From Octopus bimaculoides (taxonomy: Eukaryota), in NCBI RefSeq assembly GCF_001194135.2, contig NC_068983.1, forward strand, positions 14,389,767 through 14,453,766: a stretch of DNA of 64,000 bases. The letters are read 5' to 3'. The notes under the pieces were generated by a model. That model saw only the letters and a program-made list of their open reading frames with translations, was not told the DNA's origin and did no database searches. Shown here piece by piece: positions 50,547 to 64,000 of this stretch; within the stretch, counting starts at the first letter, position 1; every line of letters starts with the position of its first letter. The translations under genes were made by a program, and so were the position numbers.

Positions 50547-52570
50547 TTTTTCAATCTCAGTGAGCATATATAAGGTTTGGTTAACGATTTATACGCACAT
50601 ATTGAGTTTAGAATGAGAATTTATTAACGTAATTATCACACATGCCGCTGAAAAATATTAAAATACATTTATATGTCACCAAAAGTTATAAAACGAAATT
50701 ACGATGTATGGCTTATGAGACATGACGCTAATTATACCGATGAGAATGCCAGAATTTGTAGCTTTGACAGTTTTTCCACGAACAATTAAATTATAGCAGT
50801 ATCAGTTATTACATAAATACAGCGGAGTGTTAATTTTATTACTTGTTGATTAACGCCAAAAATATTTTACTAATGAGCTACATAAAATGTGAAACTGGCT
50901 GCAAAATATAATTTCAAAACCAAAGTGCGGATTTCTTTACGCATGGGATTTAACAATTATTTTTAGTAGCTACCCTTTAATGGTAAATTTTAAGATCTTT
51001 TTCTTAATATCCTGAAACCATTTTGTTCCTGCCCCGCTGGTTAATACAAGAAATGTAATTTAGAGATAATTTAAATTCGATTTTTTTTCTAAGCAGTTAT
51101 TAAAGAGATGCAGGCATATGGTTTGATCAAAACTAGAAGATTGTTATAAGGCTGGCATAAGGTTTTTTTATATGGCTGGCATAAGGTTTTTTATAACATT
51201 GCTCAAGGTTTGTGAGCAGTTTATTGTAATGATCAATCACTAAGCTTGCATCGCCGTGGGATGCCATTCATGCAAATATAGTCATGCCATGTGGAGCTAT
51301 AAAATCTCTGAAGACATTAAACAGAGTATATTGTCTGTGAAGATATATGTGTTTTTTTTTTTTATATAATTGCAGTAAAGTAAGAGAAAAATCTAACATG
51401 CATTTTTATTTCATATGTATTTTCTGAAAAATAGCCAATAAAGTCATTGGTTGTAGGGTTCCCATAACAACTTCCCCAATCAGACGATTTCCCTATGGCG
51501 AGAATATGTTTTGTTTTTGGAATTTAATATTTTTCTCTCGGTAGATAGTTTTTGTAGAATAGTGTATAAGAGTGTTGTATGTGTATCTGGATGTTTGGGA
51601 GTTGATTATTTATGCTATAATACGGATTGTGAAGTTTTGGAGCTTCCTGTTGTAACACAAACTACTTCTCGCTAATACAATTGGGTTTTCATTTGAGCAA
51701 TTTTATTTCTCTATGCCTGTTGTAATACTCAGCAATGCGTTGTGCTTTCTATATCATCTAAATACATTTAGGGCCTGTGTTGGGTTAGAGACAAACGTTC
51801 GATCTCTGATAATATACATCTTCATAATGAATGTTTTATTCAAGAATTGATCTTATTAGAGGAATCAACTCAATGAAAAGTTTTGCATTAGATATCGAAT
51901 TAATGGAAGTAAGATATGAGCATTTCTAGCGAGACGGAGTAAATAGAATATTTTAACACAAATATTTAATTTCTCAGTTTACATTCCATCGGGGTGATTT
52001 CTTTCTTTACTATATTTTGAAAGTCTATATTTGATGGTACTTTGTAAATAAGAGCATCGTCAGTTACAGACAGGTTTCAAACGTGATCTGTAGTGTTTCT
52101 TACTTTTGTATAACGAGTTTCTGATGTATCGATCAAGTTCCGTCTCCGGTAAATAAGAACATTTTTCTTTGTTTTTAGTTTACGCTATCGTGAATTAACT
52201 CTTCTCCCTCGTTGATGAAGGTCTTTACATGAACATTTTTCAATGGAATACGAAGGATACAATGCATTGGTCAATCAGAATCTTTGTAAGAGAACGCATA
52301 TTCAAATTACCTCACAGTTGCATCGTGCTCAGAGCTACTTTCTTCCCAGCTAATCTCTTTCATCATGTATTTAGAATATATATTTGACATAAAATATACA
52401 CCTGATATGATGAAAGGCACATAATACAATACGTTAATGCATAGAAAGAATAATTTAAATGTTATTTATTGAGAAACGTATTTATTCAAGAATTAAGGTT
52501 ATTGTAGGAGTGCAAATGTTGTATATTCTTGAAGAACGATATTAAATGGATTATCCAAACAAAAATTGGA

Positions 52571-52700
52571 AAATTGGAAAATTGGAAAGAAAAAGTTAAA
52601 AATGACATCAGTTGCCAAAATAAATGCACCCTAAGCAAAAATTCTTAGTCAAAATTTAAATTCATGACAAGCTGCCAATTCTTTTGGAATTATACACATA
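52571..52700 (+). repeat. ~120-bp direct repeat, copy 1 (copy 2 at 54097-54212)
   Basis: AATTGGAAAGAAAAAGTT..ATGACATCAGTTGCCAAAATAAATGCA.CCTAAGCAAAAATT..ATTCTTTTGGAATTATA occurs in both places. Confidence 0.8.
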
Positions 52701-55092
52701 TTTCGGATACCCAAATTTTTATTGTATTTTCTTTATAGAAATATACAGGAATATTTCCAAACATGTCCAATATTTATCATTGATATCTATTTTCGTTCAG
52801 TCATATATATATTTTTTTTTCTTGTGTGTATATTTATAAAATTCTTTTTCTGCAGAAAAAGAATTCTTTTTCTGTTTGTTATTGGCTTCCAATGGCCCAC
52901 ATACCTCATCACTACCTTTCCGGTTTTACGACAAGGAACAGAGTGCGTGTACAACGTCAGCGAAATAATTTCTACACGTTATTTTTTATTCGATGCGTCG
53001 ATTGAACGGCAGTTTATAACCGATATATATTTCTTCCGTTGAACTGCGACCATACAGGTGCATTGACTTCGTATCGACATCAGTTTTTATTTTAATCTAC
53101 ATTTATAGAATCGCTAAGTTACAATTTTGATACAAGGAGACAGATGACTTTGTGTCAAACACAAATTTACCTGAGCAACCATAAATGCAGACCCGATATG
53201 GCGATTTCAGAATACGTCCCCACTCAGCGTACCTCTCGATAACTTGGAATCGTGTTCAGATTACGAGCAGTAGGATAAAGGCGATTTCAAATTACTCCCG
53301 GAGGTAATTAACATATTTTCTTTTTCTTTTCTACATAAATATATTCCGTGTACATTTAAAATGTATGCACATTAATATGTTTAGTTCTGTGTAATAGGTA
53401 TTTCGATCGCATTTGAAATACATTTTATGATTATATACATTTTTTTATCTTTGAGAAATTCGAACTGAAATAAAAGTTTTAAATTTTCAGAAAGTACAAA
53501 AAACTAAAGGTTCCAAATACAAACTTCAATTCAAAATAAAAATGCACGGCAGTTTTAAGTTTACGAAATGTTTTATTTTAAAATAGTTTTATTTAAAAAT
53601 GTATTTTTTTAAAAAACAAGTGCATACAGAGAATCTCTGATTTTCAAAGTTTATTTTGTTGAAGGTGTTGTAAAATGTTGGTGGGTGTTTAAAAATTCGG
53701 TATTTGTTTTATATTCATATTTTAAGATTAGTTTAGAATCTTGGATGTTACACCTGTTTAATGTCACGAACATATCATGAACTGTAAGCGTTAGAATTTA
53801 TCACTTCAGTAAAGTTAGATGCAGAATAACTTGAAATTGGATTCAGACTACAACGTTAATTCGAACTAGACTTAAGATTACCGGGAGGTAACTGGATACG
53901 ATGAGTGGGGGTAATCCAAATTCTTTATATCGGAGGGGAACACATAGAAACACACACGAAGATTCAGGCACAAACAAGCGTCCATTCACTTGGCACAAAC
54001 AAAAATTATGTATGTATGTATATATGTATGTATGTATATATGTATGTATGTACACACACAAACACCCCCCCCCACACACACATATATATATATATAAATT
54101 GAAAAATTGGAAAGAAAAAGTTGAGAATGACATCAGTTGCCAAAATAAATGCATCCTAAGCAAAAATTGAAATTTATGACAAGTTGTCAATTCTTTTGGA
54201 ATTATAGACATACATNNNNNNNNNNNNNNNNNNNNNNNNNNNNNNNNNNNNNNNNNNNNNNNNNNNNNNNNNNNNNNNNNNNNNNTTATATATATATATA
54301 TATATACATATGTACGTATGTATGTATGTATGTATGTATGTATGTATGCATGTATGTATATATCTATGTATGCGCGTGATTTAACAAATTAACGGAAGTA
54401 ACACACGGAATGTATAGTTAGTGTCGAATTACGGGTTGACTTACCGAAAATTCTCGAGTAAAAGTCGAATCTTTGAGACCATTTTTTAAGGTCAAATTTA
54501 CAGGGTCGACTGTTACATGGATCCTTCTTTAGAGGGGCTGAAATTCAAGATAGAATTCAAAGAACCGTATCAGCACCAGAATAAAACAAAAATACAATGA
54601 ATTAAATTAATATTACCAATTTTACGCATCAAAACACACGTCCTAGTATATAACAAAACCCATAAACAAAACCACGTAGCTCTTATAAATATTTACACTT
54701 TCTCTTTTATTTGTATTTATCGAACTTAACAGACCAGCTGAGTGAAACCAATTTATATCTCATAATTATGTTATATCACCATCGGTAATATCTACCCGGT
54801 ACCAGCATACCGCTGCCTACCGCAATACAGCTGATACCTACTCGGCGTGTTTCACATCATAACTTTTCAACAAATTTACACTATTTTTATATTCATGGTT
54901 AGTCACACTCATCACAAGTGTATTATGGCGCAGTATATTAGTGGTGCATTTTTATTTCGAATTAATTAAATAGAACTTAATGTTTTGAATACTAAAATTT
55001 ACCCCCACTGAAATGAAAACGAAAAAAGATGCAGGATGACGTGTAGTTACCAGTAAATGTCCATAATATGTTGTAGAGGTGTTAATCTGGGG

Positions 55093-55209
55093 CAATGATT
55101 CCTGAAGTGTGTTCTGCAAAACCCAGGATTCCCTGAAAGCTATCATGGGTCCCACGTTTGAAAAAATAATATCGAATGATTCCAAGGCAAAAAAGTTTGG
55201 GCACCACTG
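55093..55209. mobile_element. hAT (Charlie/MER5-like) MITE, 117 bp
   Basis: Degenerate TIRs CAATGATTCCTGAAGT and AAAGTTTGGGCACCACTG; 8-bp TSD ATCTGGGG/ATCTAGCG (6/8), fitting NTCTAGAN. Confidence 0.6.
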
Positions 55210-55619
55210 ATCTAGCGATCAACTACATGTTTTTAGGCTTACTGAATTTATGCATCTGTACGAATTCATACATTGGTGCTTGCTGTTGTTCGCCGATAGT
55301 ACTATCTGTGAAATACGTTTCTCACCATAAAGAGACGAGCATATGATGCATGTGTTTATTGGGATATTTTCCTTTTCATAGGCAGTTTGATTAATTAATT
55401 TTCTTTAACTAAACACTTTGAAACTTTGTATACTGGTAGAATGTGTCATATAGAACATATTTTACTCTTATCGTTGTTGAGAAAAGTTTCTATTTACGAA
55501 GTTATTTCGTGTTAAATTTGTCGTATTTCGGTAATTTAAACCAATCAATGACGTGTATTCAGCTGAATAAAATGACTGCTGTTCTTTGTCTTGGCTGAAT
55601 TACGTTTTATCAATCTGTT

Positions 55620-56005
55620 GTAGATGTGCAATGGCCCAGTGGTTAGGGCAGCGGACTCGCGGTCGTAGGATCACGGTTACGAATCCCAATCCGGGTGTTG
55701 TAAGTGTTTATTGAGCGAAAACACCTAAAGCACCACGAGGCTCCGGCAGGAGGTGGTGGTGAACCTTTCTGTACTCTTTCACCAAAACTTTCTCTCACTC
55801 TTTCTTCCTGTTTCTGTTGTACCTGTATTTCAAAGGACCAGCCTTGCCACACTCTGTGTCAAGCTGAATCTCCCCGAGAACTACGTTAAGGGTACACCTG
55901 TCTATGGAGTGCTCAGCCACTTGCACGTTAATTTCACGAGCAGGCTGTTCCGTTGATCGTATCAGCTGGGACGCTCGTCGTCGTAACCGACGGAGTGCCA
56001 TTGTA
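55620..56005 (+). mobile_element. SINE family A, full length, older
   Basis: A box TGGCCCAGTGG; TSD ATCAATCTGTT/ATCATTCTGTT (55609-55619, 56006-56016). Confidence 0.9.
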
Positions 56006-56294
56006 ATCATTCTGTTATTCATCCACAATATACGTTACGTTGCTGTTTCTATTATATTCCTATTGAAAATAGCTGATAATGTCATGATGTTTGACGATAC
56101 TATGAAATAGTGATAAAATGTTGTCTGAAATTCTTTTCCGTTTGAATTATTTATGTTCTGTCCTCCATATTGACAATCCTTCAATATGAATAGCGACAGA
56201 ATCTGTGAAGTGTGCATTTTAATATTTGTATATTTCTCCAATTATAGCTATCAATCAATATTTACTTTTCACATAGGAAATACTGACGACATAT

Positions 56295-56306
56295 CTATCT
56301 ATTTAC

Positions 56307-56352
<46 letters not shown>

Positions 56353-56477
56353 GTCTGTGTGTCTGTCTGTGTGTCTGTCTGTGTGTCTGTCTGTGCGTCT
56401 GTCTGTGTGCCTGTCTGTGTGTCTGTCTGTCTATCTATCTGTGTGTCTGTGTGTCTGTGTGTCTGTGTGTCTGTCTG

Positions 56478-56514
<37 letters not shown>

Positions 56515-56515
56515 T
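56295..56515. repeat. (ATCT)n/(GTCT/GTGT)n microsatellite
   Basis: Seen directly. Confidence 0.95.
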
Positions 56516-56587
56516 CCTAGATATTTATATATTTATACAAACGTTTATATAAATACGTATATACATATATTTATACACATAAATTTG

Positions 56588-56638
<51 letters not shown>

Positions 56639-56652
56639 CTACAAGTATATGC

Positions 56653-56700
<48 letters not shown>

Positions 56701-57212
56701 CTTGTTGTCGTAGAGATGTCTCCTTTATTCCCCCATGCATCAATTATGTTTTTAAAGCTAAAGACACATTGGCTGAAACGGATAGTCACACTTAGACTTT
56801 GAGGTTTCTAGTACGAACAATATTGTTTAGGTTATAACTGTATTCTATACTCGCTTACTTAGATTTCAGAGTATGTTGTACAATCAGTCTACACGTTTCT
56901 CCTTCTCTGTCTCACTCTGTTTATATGTGTGTGTTTGTGTGTTTATGTGCGCGTATCTGCGCGCGCGCGCGTGTGCGCGTGTGTGCGCGTGTGTGTGTAT
57001 CCGCATATCATATGTACATGTGAAGTATAATATACCCAAATGGTTGATATGCTGAATATCAGCGCAAACAGGATTCTGATCAGTTACCTATGATGTTTCT
57101 TCTACAAAACCACTTCTGGCCGCAACGCGCACGTAGAAATATATTCACCAAAATCTTTTGTTTCTATACGAACGAGTCGAATTAACATGTCATTCTTTTT
57201 CATTCCATCTTT

Positions 57213-57685
57213 TGCAGTAATTAGACTGCGTCTTTGCTGTAGCATACTATTGAAGAACTTTTAGCCAAATGAAGCCATCCCCGGTACTTGTTTTTTTTTA
57301 AAGTTTAGTACTTAGGGTATCGGACCCTTGTTGCTTTACTGCTAAGTTACGGAGACGTAAACAAACCAATACTGGTTGTCAAGAGGTGCTGTTGGGCAAA
57401 CACAGACATAAAGACACACGCATACATATTTGCATACACACATACATACATACATACATACATACATACATACATACATACATACATACGTACTGACATA
57501 CATACATGCATACATACATACATATATACATACATATATTCATGCATACACACACACACACACATATCACGATCTTCTTTCAGTTTCCGCCCCCAAACCA
57601 CACACAAAGCTTTGGCTGGCCTGAGGCTGCAATAGAATCCATGTGCTTAATGTGCCACACAGTGGGACTGAGCCCAGAGCCCATA
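57213..57685 (-). mobile_element. SINE family B, diverged, with internal (ATAC)n
   Basis: GCTAAGTTACGGAGACGTAAAC..GGTTGTCAAG and CTTTCAGTTTCCG..AGTGGGACTGAGCCC. Confidence 0.75.
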
Positions 57686-57733
57686 TATACCTATACATAA
57701 ATGCATACGTACCTGCCTACCTACATACATATA

Positions 57734-58590
57734 TCAGTTTGGTAAAAAACTTGTTGGACACTTTTAACATATCACATATCACCTTCGTTATCGATTACCT
57801 TTAGCCATCTTTCAGGCAAAGTTTTGAATCCTTCCATCCAGAAATCGCGTGGCTTTCAATCAATAAAATCGTAAAGGAACGATTTCACATCTTATTCGTT
57901 TTCGAACTCTGTGTCGCCAATCGCACGTTGCAAGGCAGAGAATAAGTGGTAGTCAGAATGGGCAAGGTCAGCAGTATAAGGCGGGTGCACCATAATCTCC
58001 CAGCCGGCATCCTTCAGCTTCACTGATGTCTTCTTTGCACGATGTGCTGGTGTGTTTCCTTGGTGGTAAATTATCTTCTTCGAATTTTAGCGTTTTTCGA
58101 ACAGCGCGATCTTTAGACGGTCGATTTGTTCGCAGTAGACATTCTTGTTAACGGTGGTATTGCGTGGGAGAAGATCCAACATGATCACACCACGGCAATC
58201 CCACCAAACTGAGATCATAACTTTCTCTTGCACAAGCGGTCCTTTTCGCGAAGGTTCTGGCTGTTGACGTTTGCTACACCAGGATCGTATGCGCCTCACG
58301 CTGGAGTACAGAACCCACTTTTCATCCATAGTGATTACTGACTCCAAGCAATCGAATATCTCGCTTCGCCAGAGCAGACTTTGACAGGCAGTGACACGTG
58401 CTTGTTTGTTCGCTTCAGTCAATTCATGTGGCACCCATTTTCCAAGCTTGCTGACCTTGCCGAGACGATGCAGATTGTTGATGATCATGACATGGAAGGC
58501 GCCAAACTGTGCCGCAAGTTGACGTGCAGTTTGCATTGGATCGGCTTCAATGACTTGAAGCAATGACTTGTCCAAGAACTTTAAAAAGTT
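57734..58590 (-). pseudogene. Mariner transposase pseudogene (5' end missing) with a 3' TIR-like end
   Basis: ORF 58087-58608: IEADP..TARQLA, LGKWVPHELT, ITMDEKWVLY, KVMISVWWD.RGVI. It continues past a stop as YHQGNTPAH, HPPYTADLAHSDYHLF. TA plus TCAGTTTGGTAAAAAA at 57732-57749. Confidence 0.9.
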
Positions 58591-58959
58591 AATTTTGCAA
58601 TCAAACACAATATATGATATATATTTTTCCTCTCCCTTCTCTCTCTTTTCCCATATATATATATGATAACCTGGATTTCTCTTGATTTAGGGTTCGAGAA
58701 ACAAACATTGATATCGAAACATGTGATTATGCAGAGATTCACCAAAGTAATCCCATGCTGCATTTCCCTATGTCCTAGAAAGGACAAGTTCATTTCTTCA
58801 AATAACACATTGTGATGCGTCTAAAGAAAAATAAAGAAAAACAAACTTGTTCCTACGTTATTGCAAAGTACCCTCTTTTGGATTTCCCGATCATGATCCG
58901 GTGGAAGAATCAGCATATGATAGCTGGTAGAGGGGACAGATATTAATAATCTCTCGGCC

Positions 58960-59260
58960 TTCTTAACATTTGACTCAACAAATCATCGAGAATGTGACAG
59001 CTGGAACGAGAGACAATTGGGTGGACACCAGGTTGGTACCCAGTTTCAGCAGCGTAGGATAAAACACACCATGGATTCAAAAATCGAACCGTTGATCTCA
59101 TGAAATTGAATGAAACACACCAATCACTGGACCATGCGCCTATGAGAAAACCGAAATAAGGAGCGGCAAAAGACAAGTCGAAATGAGTTTGAAATAACCA
59201 CTGGGGCCGGAACAATCAACTATGCACTTTGAGAAATGCATGGACGTTGTCTGATGACTG
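58960..59260 (+). mobile_element. Possible RTE-clade LINE C-terminal remnant
   Basis: Frameshifted RDNWVD/GWYP/RNAW motifs resemble the RTE end DNRWT..WYP..DRNAW; weak. Confidence 0.3.
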
Positions 59261-61580
59261 GTACCAGTACACAAAGAAAATAATAAAAAAAGAACCAAAG
59301 AATAAACGTGTGTTTCATATTAACTACGCCATTATTCTATTTACTAGATCATTACAAAATATTTTATTTTATATGTGTTTTATTGAATTGTCTTTGGTTC
59401 GCTATCAATTAGTTATTACACAAACTCAGGTTATAATTCACTTTTCCTTGCATCTATATAAAATGACAATGAATTGAACTGAAATGAATATACAATAAAA
59501 TAATGAAGTATAATTATCCTAACAATAATTACAGGTAGACACCATTTAATTTAAAATAATGTTCTCTCCTTCCAATAAATACATTTTATTTTTGTCTATT
59601 TTTGTTTCGGTTAACTTTACGAATATTCTTAACACATTTTTGTTTTCGTGCTGTAGAAAAAAAAAAAAAAAGAAAGAGTCTGAAAGCGAATTAGTAGTAG
59701 TTGTAGTTACTGAAGTTGTTGTTTACTTCAAGATAAACTCTGATCGGGCAGACCTACATCGTCGAATATGTAATTATATTATTTTGACGATAGGATGTCA
59801 TTTTGGAGAAATTTGACTCCTATATCTAGCCCATAGGTGTGCTATCTTTGACTCGTAGCTGGTAGTTTTGACTACGTGTACAACTGAAACCGATATAGGA
59901 AGTGTCAGGGCGGAAGAGAATAAAATGTTTCTATGCTGCAAAATAACCTAATTTATCCAAACTTATATTTTCTATTTTTAAAATAATGCTTTATCATAAA
60001 CTGCACACATATTCAAGAACACGTGCAAAAGAGGGGTGGCTTATACCTGATTGTTATTTACTAGAGATAGCACAGAAATGAAACAATATCTCTTTAAAAA
60101 TAGAAGGCGACATCGGTATTAAAGAAATAGGTGTTCAGGACCCATTATACCTTAATGATTTGATTCTCACCTCACAGTCTTGTAATAGTAGGAGCACATT
60201 GATTATTATACTCTAAATATGACACATCCAAAGTAAAGATGGGGTAGTCACAGCTTGAACATCTGTCATCGTAGATTAGCTCATATAACCACTAAACCAC
60301 AACAAAAACAGTATTGACTTCCAAGAGTGTTATTTTTGTTTATAATTTGCTTATGTTACATATATTAGGAGAGAAGAAGATTGGAAGCATCTTTTTCAAA
60401 TATCTATATGTAGAAAAACAAGATATACCCTTGCAACCATTATTATGCCTCGGATGATGGAATGACTCAGATGCCTAAATGTTTGCTTTGTAATCACGAG
60501 TTTCGGACTTGAAACCTACCCCATCAAAACACTTTTTCTTACGTAGCAGAAAACTGAATAAAGTTTTGTAGTTGATATTTCACCCTTAAATCGATTTTAA
60601 TGCCTAGTGCTAGTGGCTCTTATATTCTTCCTGAAACCTTTGTACATCTGCAATATAAAAACGTACATGTATGTCGCGTAAGACCCCTAAACCATAATCT
60701 GAATACAATCCAGAGTTAGAGATGACCAGTCATAATAAGAAGCAAATACTACTCATACAAACTGCCGAAGAAGGGACTCACGTATGAAATTTGCAATAAT
60801 CTCGGTTATAATTTGGAAATTTGTAGTAAGAATACCTAAGGAAATCTCTTAACAAGGATGTCTATCTTCAAAAGGTAGATACGAAATTTATGCACTAACC
60901 AGAAGTGAACTTCGTGAATCAAGCTCTACTGGTTTAGACTGAAAACACTTTTCCTGGTTGTATAAGATATTACGCTATATACAATTTATTTGGAATTATA
61001 TAATGACACCGTTGTTTTTGCACAATTTAACAGGACATAGCCAATGTTTTAGAAGTCGTGATCCTCACTGTTTGTTGACCATTCATCAGAGAACAAATAT
61101 CACCTCGTTATTTTTCTCTTTGAAGATAACTTATAGCATTCTCTATTTTAACCAAGTACAAACTAGAAATTAGCTGTAATGGCTGGCATAATCTGAATAT
61201 AGTGCGTTCGTCGGTTGAGAGATTAAATAATAAATATTTATGTGCAACAAACCTAAGATAAATTTAAAGCAGTCAAACTAGTATTTAAACCTTTGTCTGG
61301 GAAACTCTAAACAAATGTAAATACACTTTACGAAACAGAAGAGTAAAAGAGACAAGCGTATTAATTGAACAAATTACATCTAGTTTGTGTTTGGTTTAAA
61401 TAGCAGTTCTTATAAGTTCTTTTCATTGGAAGATGGATGAGAATATACACGTCTTCTGATGTGTGTTTAAAAATCCTGAAACATGTTAGAAGAATCTCTT
61501 TCATGTTTCTGTTTGGGGAGAAGGTAATGTGTTTCACAGCGAAACATATTATATCATATCATATCATATAATGTATGTAA

Positions 61581-61621
<41 letters not shown>

Positions 61622-61631
61622 CGTGCGTGCC

Positions 61632-61692
<61 letters not shown>

Positions 61693-62381
61693 CTGTGTAT
61701 TATATGTGTGATCAATATCTGTTGTAAATGGTAGCATGCAATCCAATACAACAATAATAAAATAATAAAATAATTCAAAAGGCTAGACATAACATTGCCA
61801 AGATACTGATCGTCTGCCAATTGAGCATGGAGTCATAGCAACGCTCGAGGCGGCCGTCGAGTGCATTGTGAAACAATTTGAAGATTTATGGATGCCAATA
61901 TTGTGTCATAACATTAACCCGAGCGAAGAATACTCTAGGGTAAAGCCTGAGGGTCGTTCACCCGAATGGCAATTTGTCTTCCAGGAGGAAATCTGCTATG
62001 TACTAGAAGTAAATAGAGTTTTGTGTACATGTCAGTACTATAATCATATTTCATATACATAAACTGCATAGAACGACTACAAATCTCCAGAACTTCCTAC
62101 ACTTGTGAGATCATGCGGCAGATATAACACAGACTTTAGTAATTGGTCCTTCAATCACTCCAATCTGCCGCTGCTTCTTCTGTTAGTGTTGTTCTTTAAT
62201 ATGTTACTATAATGTTCACTTAGTACTCGTACTTTGCTGCAAGTTGGGTACCAACAAAGGTACCGATTAAAGAATAGCAGCAACAGAACATACGGTCGTG
62301 TGGGCAACCGGGGAATCTTGACTGGTTTGCTATTATAAGCGAAGAAGCTACTCTGTCCTAGGTGTACGAAAAACACTCGGC

Positions 62382-63215
62382 GAGAAATGGAAGAAAATTT
62401 GGAATTTCCAGTAAACCAATACAGTTTTATGATCGTTAAGTGGAATCTTACAGAACTCCGACGCCTGGACAGGAAAACAAGAAAACTACTAACATCTATG
62501 AACATCTACCACACAAATGCAGACGTTGATCGTCTGTGCCTACCTAGGCTTAATGGGGATAGAGGAATGATGCAAGTAGAACTTTGCTATAGGACCTCGT
62601 CGATAGCAATAAACAAGTACTTATCTAATACGGAGGACTGGATGCTGTGGATTGTGTGCAAAGACGAAAACAGCAAAAGGTCATATTCTTTTGTTAAGGA
62701 AGCTTGCAAATGTGCAAGAGAACTTAGCATTAATCCTGAATTAGATGAAGAACCTGAAACCAGTGCCACAAAATAAGGAAAACGGATGAAACAGGCTGTA
62801 AAAAAGAACGGGCAGAAATAAATTCAGGAGCGGTGGAGCCAGAAACCTCTGCATGGATAGTATATAGTACGACACCGAAATGCTGATGTAGACCAAGTAA
62901 CACCCCATCAGTTACTGAGAAGCTCAAGACTGAAAGTTTCATATTGGCGGCACAAGATCAAAGCTTGCTTACCAAACACTACCAGGTTAACTTTCTTCAA
63001 AATGGTTCCGACCCATAAATGCAGATTCTAAGTCACTTTTGACGAAACAATAGACCATCTCGTCTCGGGATGTCCTGTGCTGACACCAAACGAATACAAA
63101 AATCGCCACGACAGGGAAGGACAGTATTTACATTGGAAAATATGTAAACACTACGAAATCAGATCTGCTTACTGGTATGAACATCATCCTGAGGCAGTCG
63201 CTGAACTTGAATTTC
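62382..63215 (+). pseudogene. R4/Dong-clade non-LTR retrotransposon fragment (post-RT to CCHC)
   Basis: QYSF.IVKWNLTELRRLDRKTRKLL..H..ADVDRLCLPR..G.RG; KPLHG; AAQDQSL.T; CR..DETIDHLVSGCPVL..EYKNRHD..GQYLHWKICKHY. Confidence 0.85.
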
Positions 63216-63600
63216 ATTTCTCTTTGTAGAATGTCACCCAACTCCAAATTCCCTAAATATCTATACCCATTATAGTCGGGTTCACCCATGGCCTTTCCTG
63301 ATGATAACCACAGTCCTCTGCAAGCTGCTTTCTTCCCTCTTTTCATATTAAGTACTGAGCATTGGGTAATCCCAAAATTCCATACCGATGTCCCTGCCAC
63401 ACTTCTGGACCGTTTTGGTTAAGGAATCTATCTATTTTTCCGATTTCCCAAACGATTTCAGGTCATCCATAAACAGCAGATGGTTCAACGAAGGGCCTTT
63501 CTTCCCACATTGGTAACCCATCTTAACTTTCCTAAGTGTCATTGTTATGGGTATTAGTGTAATTACAAAAAGTAACGGAGAAAACGAGTCACCATGAGAG
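63215..63600 (-). pseudogene. R4/Dong-clade RT domain fragment
   Basis: GDSFSPLLFVITLIP, NHLLFMDDLK, DIGMEFG..QCSVLNMKRGK, YRYLG..ELGDILQREMK. Confidence 0.85.
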
Positions 63601-63610
63601 CCACTGCTTG

Positions 63611-64000
63611 TATTATTATTATCATTATTATTATTATTATTATTATTGTTCAGTAGTTTTATTTTTATAACGTGCTTTCACTTCACTACCGAGCGCAGCT
63701 CTGTGCGCCTTGGGTATGTGCTGTGGTTTGCTGTGGTGCTCTTATGTTTACTGTATTGAAAGTGTTTTGCGTAGAATGTGTGCAGTACCCAGTAGTGCAA
63801 TTTTGTATATTTGTAAGTCCTGGTGTTTTTGTTATGTATTTGTCTGAATATTTTTTTATTATATCTAAGGCACCTACTATGATAGGAATTGTTTCTGTTT
63901 TTAGATTCCACATTCGAGTTATCTCTATTTCCAGGTCTTTGTATTTTTAAAGTTTTTCCATTTCTTTTAGAGAAACGTTGTCATCTGCTGGTATTGATAC
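63611..64000 (-). mobile_element. R4/Dong-clade element 3' end (endonuclease C-terminus, 3' UTR, (TAA)n tail), running off the window
   Basis: KYKDLEIEITRMWNLKTETIPIIVGAL.IIKK, followed by the 3' UTR and a (TAA)n tail at 63611-63647. Confidence 0.85.

Noticed and set aside
53170-53310. Donor-like sites on both strands around a GC-richer patch
   Set aside because: No consistent exon chain or recognisable peptide.
58943-59215. 90-aa minus ORF that looks protein-like
   Set aside because: No recognisable family; the opposite strand weakly resembles an RTE remnant, which explains it better.
59185-59225. CTGATGA followed by the CTGGTACCAG hairpin
   Set aside because: No GAAA directly after the hairpin, so the hammerhead core is incomplete.

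Overview
AT-rich eukaryotic genomic DNA, extremely rich in microsatellites and repeats, from a gapped short-read-type assembly. The SINE families, microsatellite load and transposon content suggest a cephalopod, most likely Octopus (inference). I found no recognisable host protein-coding exon, rRNA, functional tRNA or CRISPR array, so the window is probably intergenic or intronic. Almost every listed ORF comes from a microsatellite, an N-gap or the antisense strand of a SINE. The protein-like ORFs are decayed transposon fragments: two mariner transposases, a CR1-type LINE, a HERO-type and three R4/Dong-type restriction-like-endonuclease LINE pieces, and a Penelope-like RT fragment. About 30 tRNA-derived SINE copies fall into several modular families, labelled A-E here as working names. 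The most notable observations are: (1) minimal type-I hammerhead-ribozyme motifs in Penelope-like element ends, one with a canonical CUGAUGA core and a second family with a variant CUGUNGA core, the canonical one lying next to an inverted tRNA-derived head; (2) a 165-bp, 100% identical inverted duplication of an otherwise decayed tandem SINE junction; (3) several other long inverted repeats that could form dsRNA.
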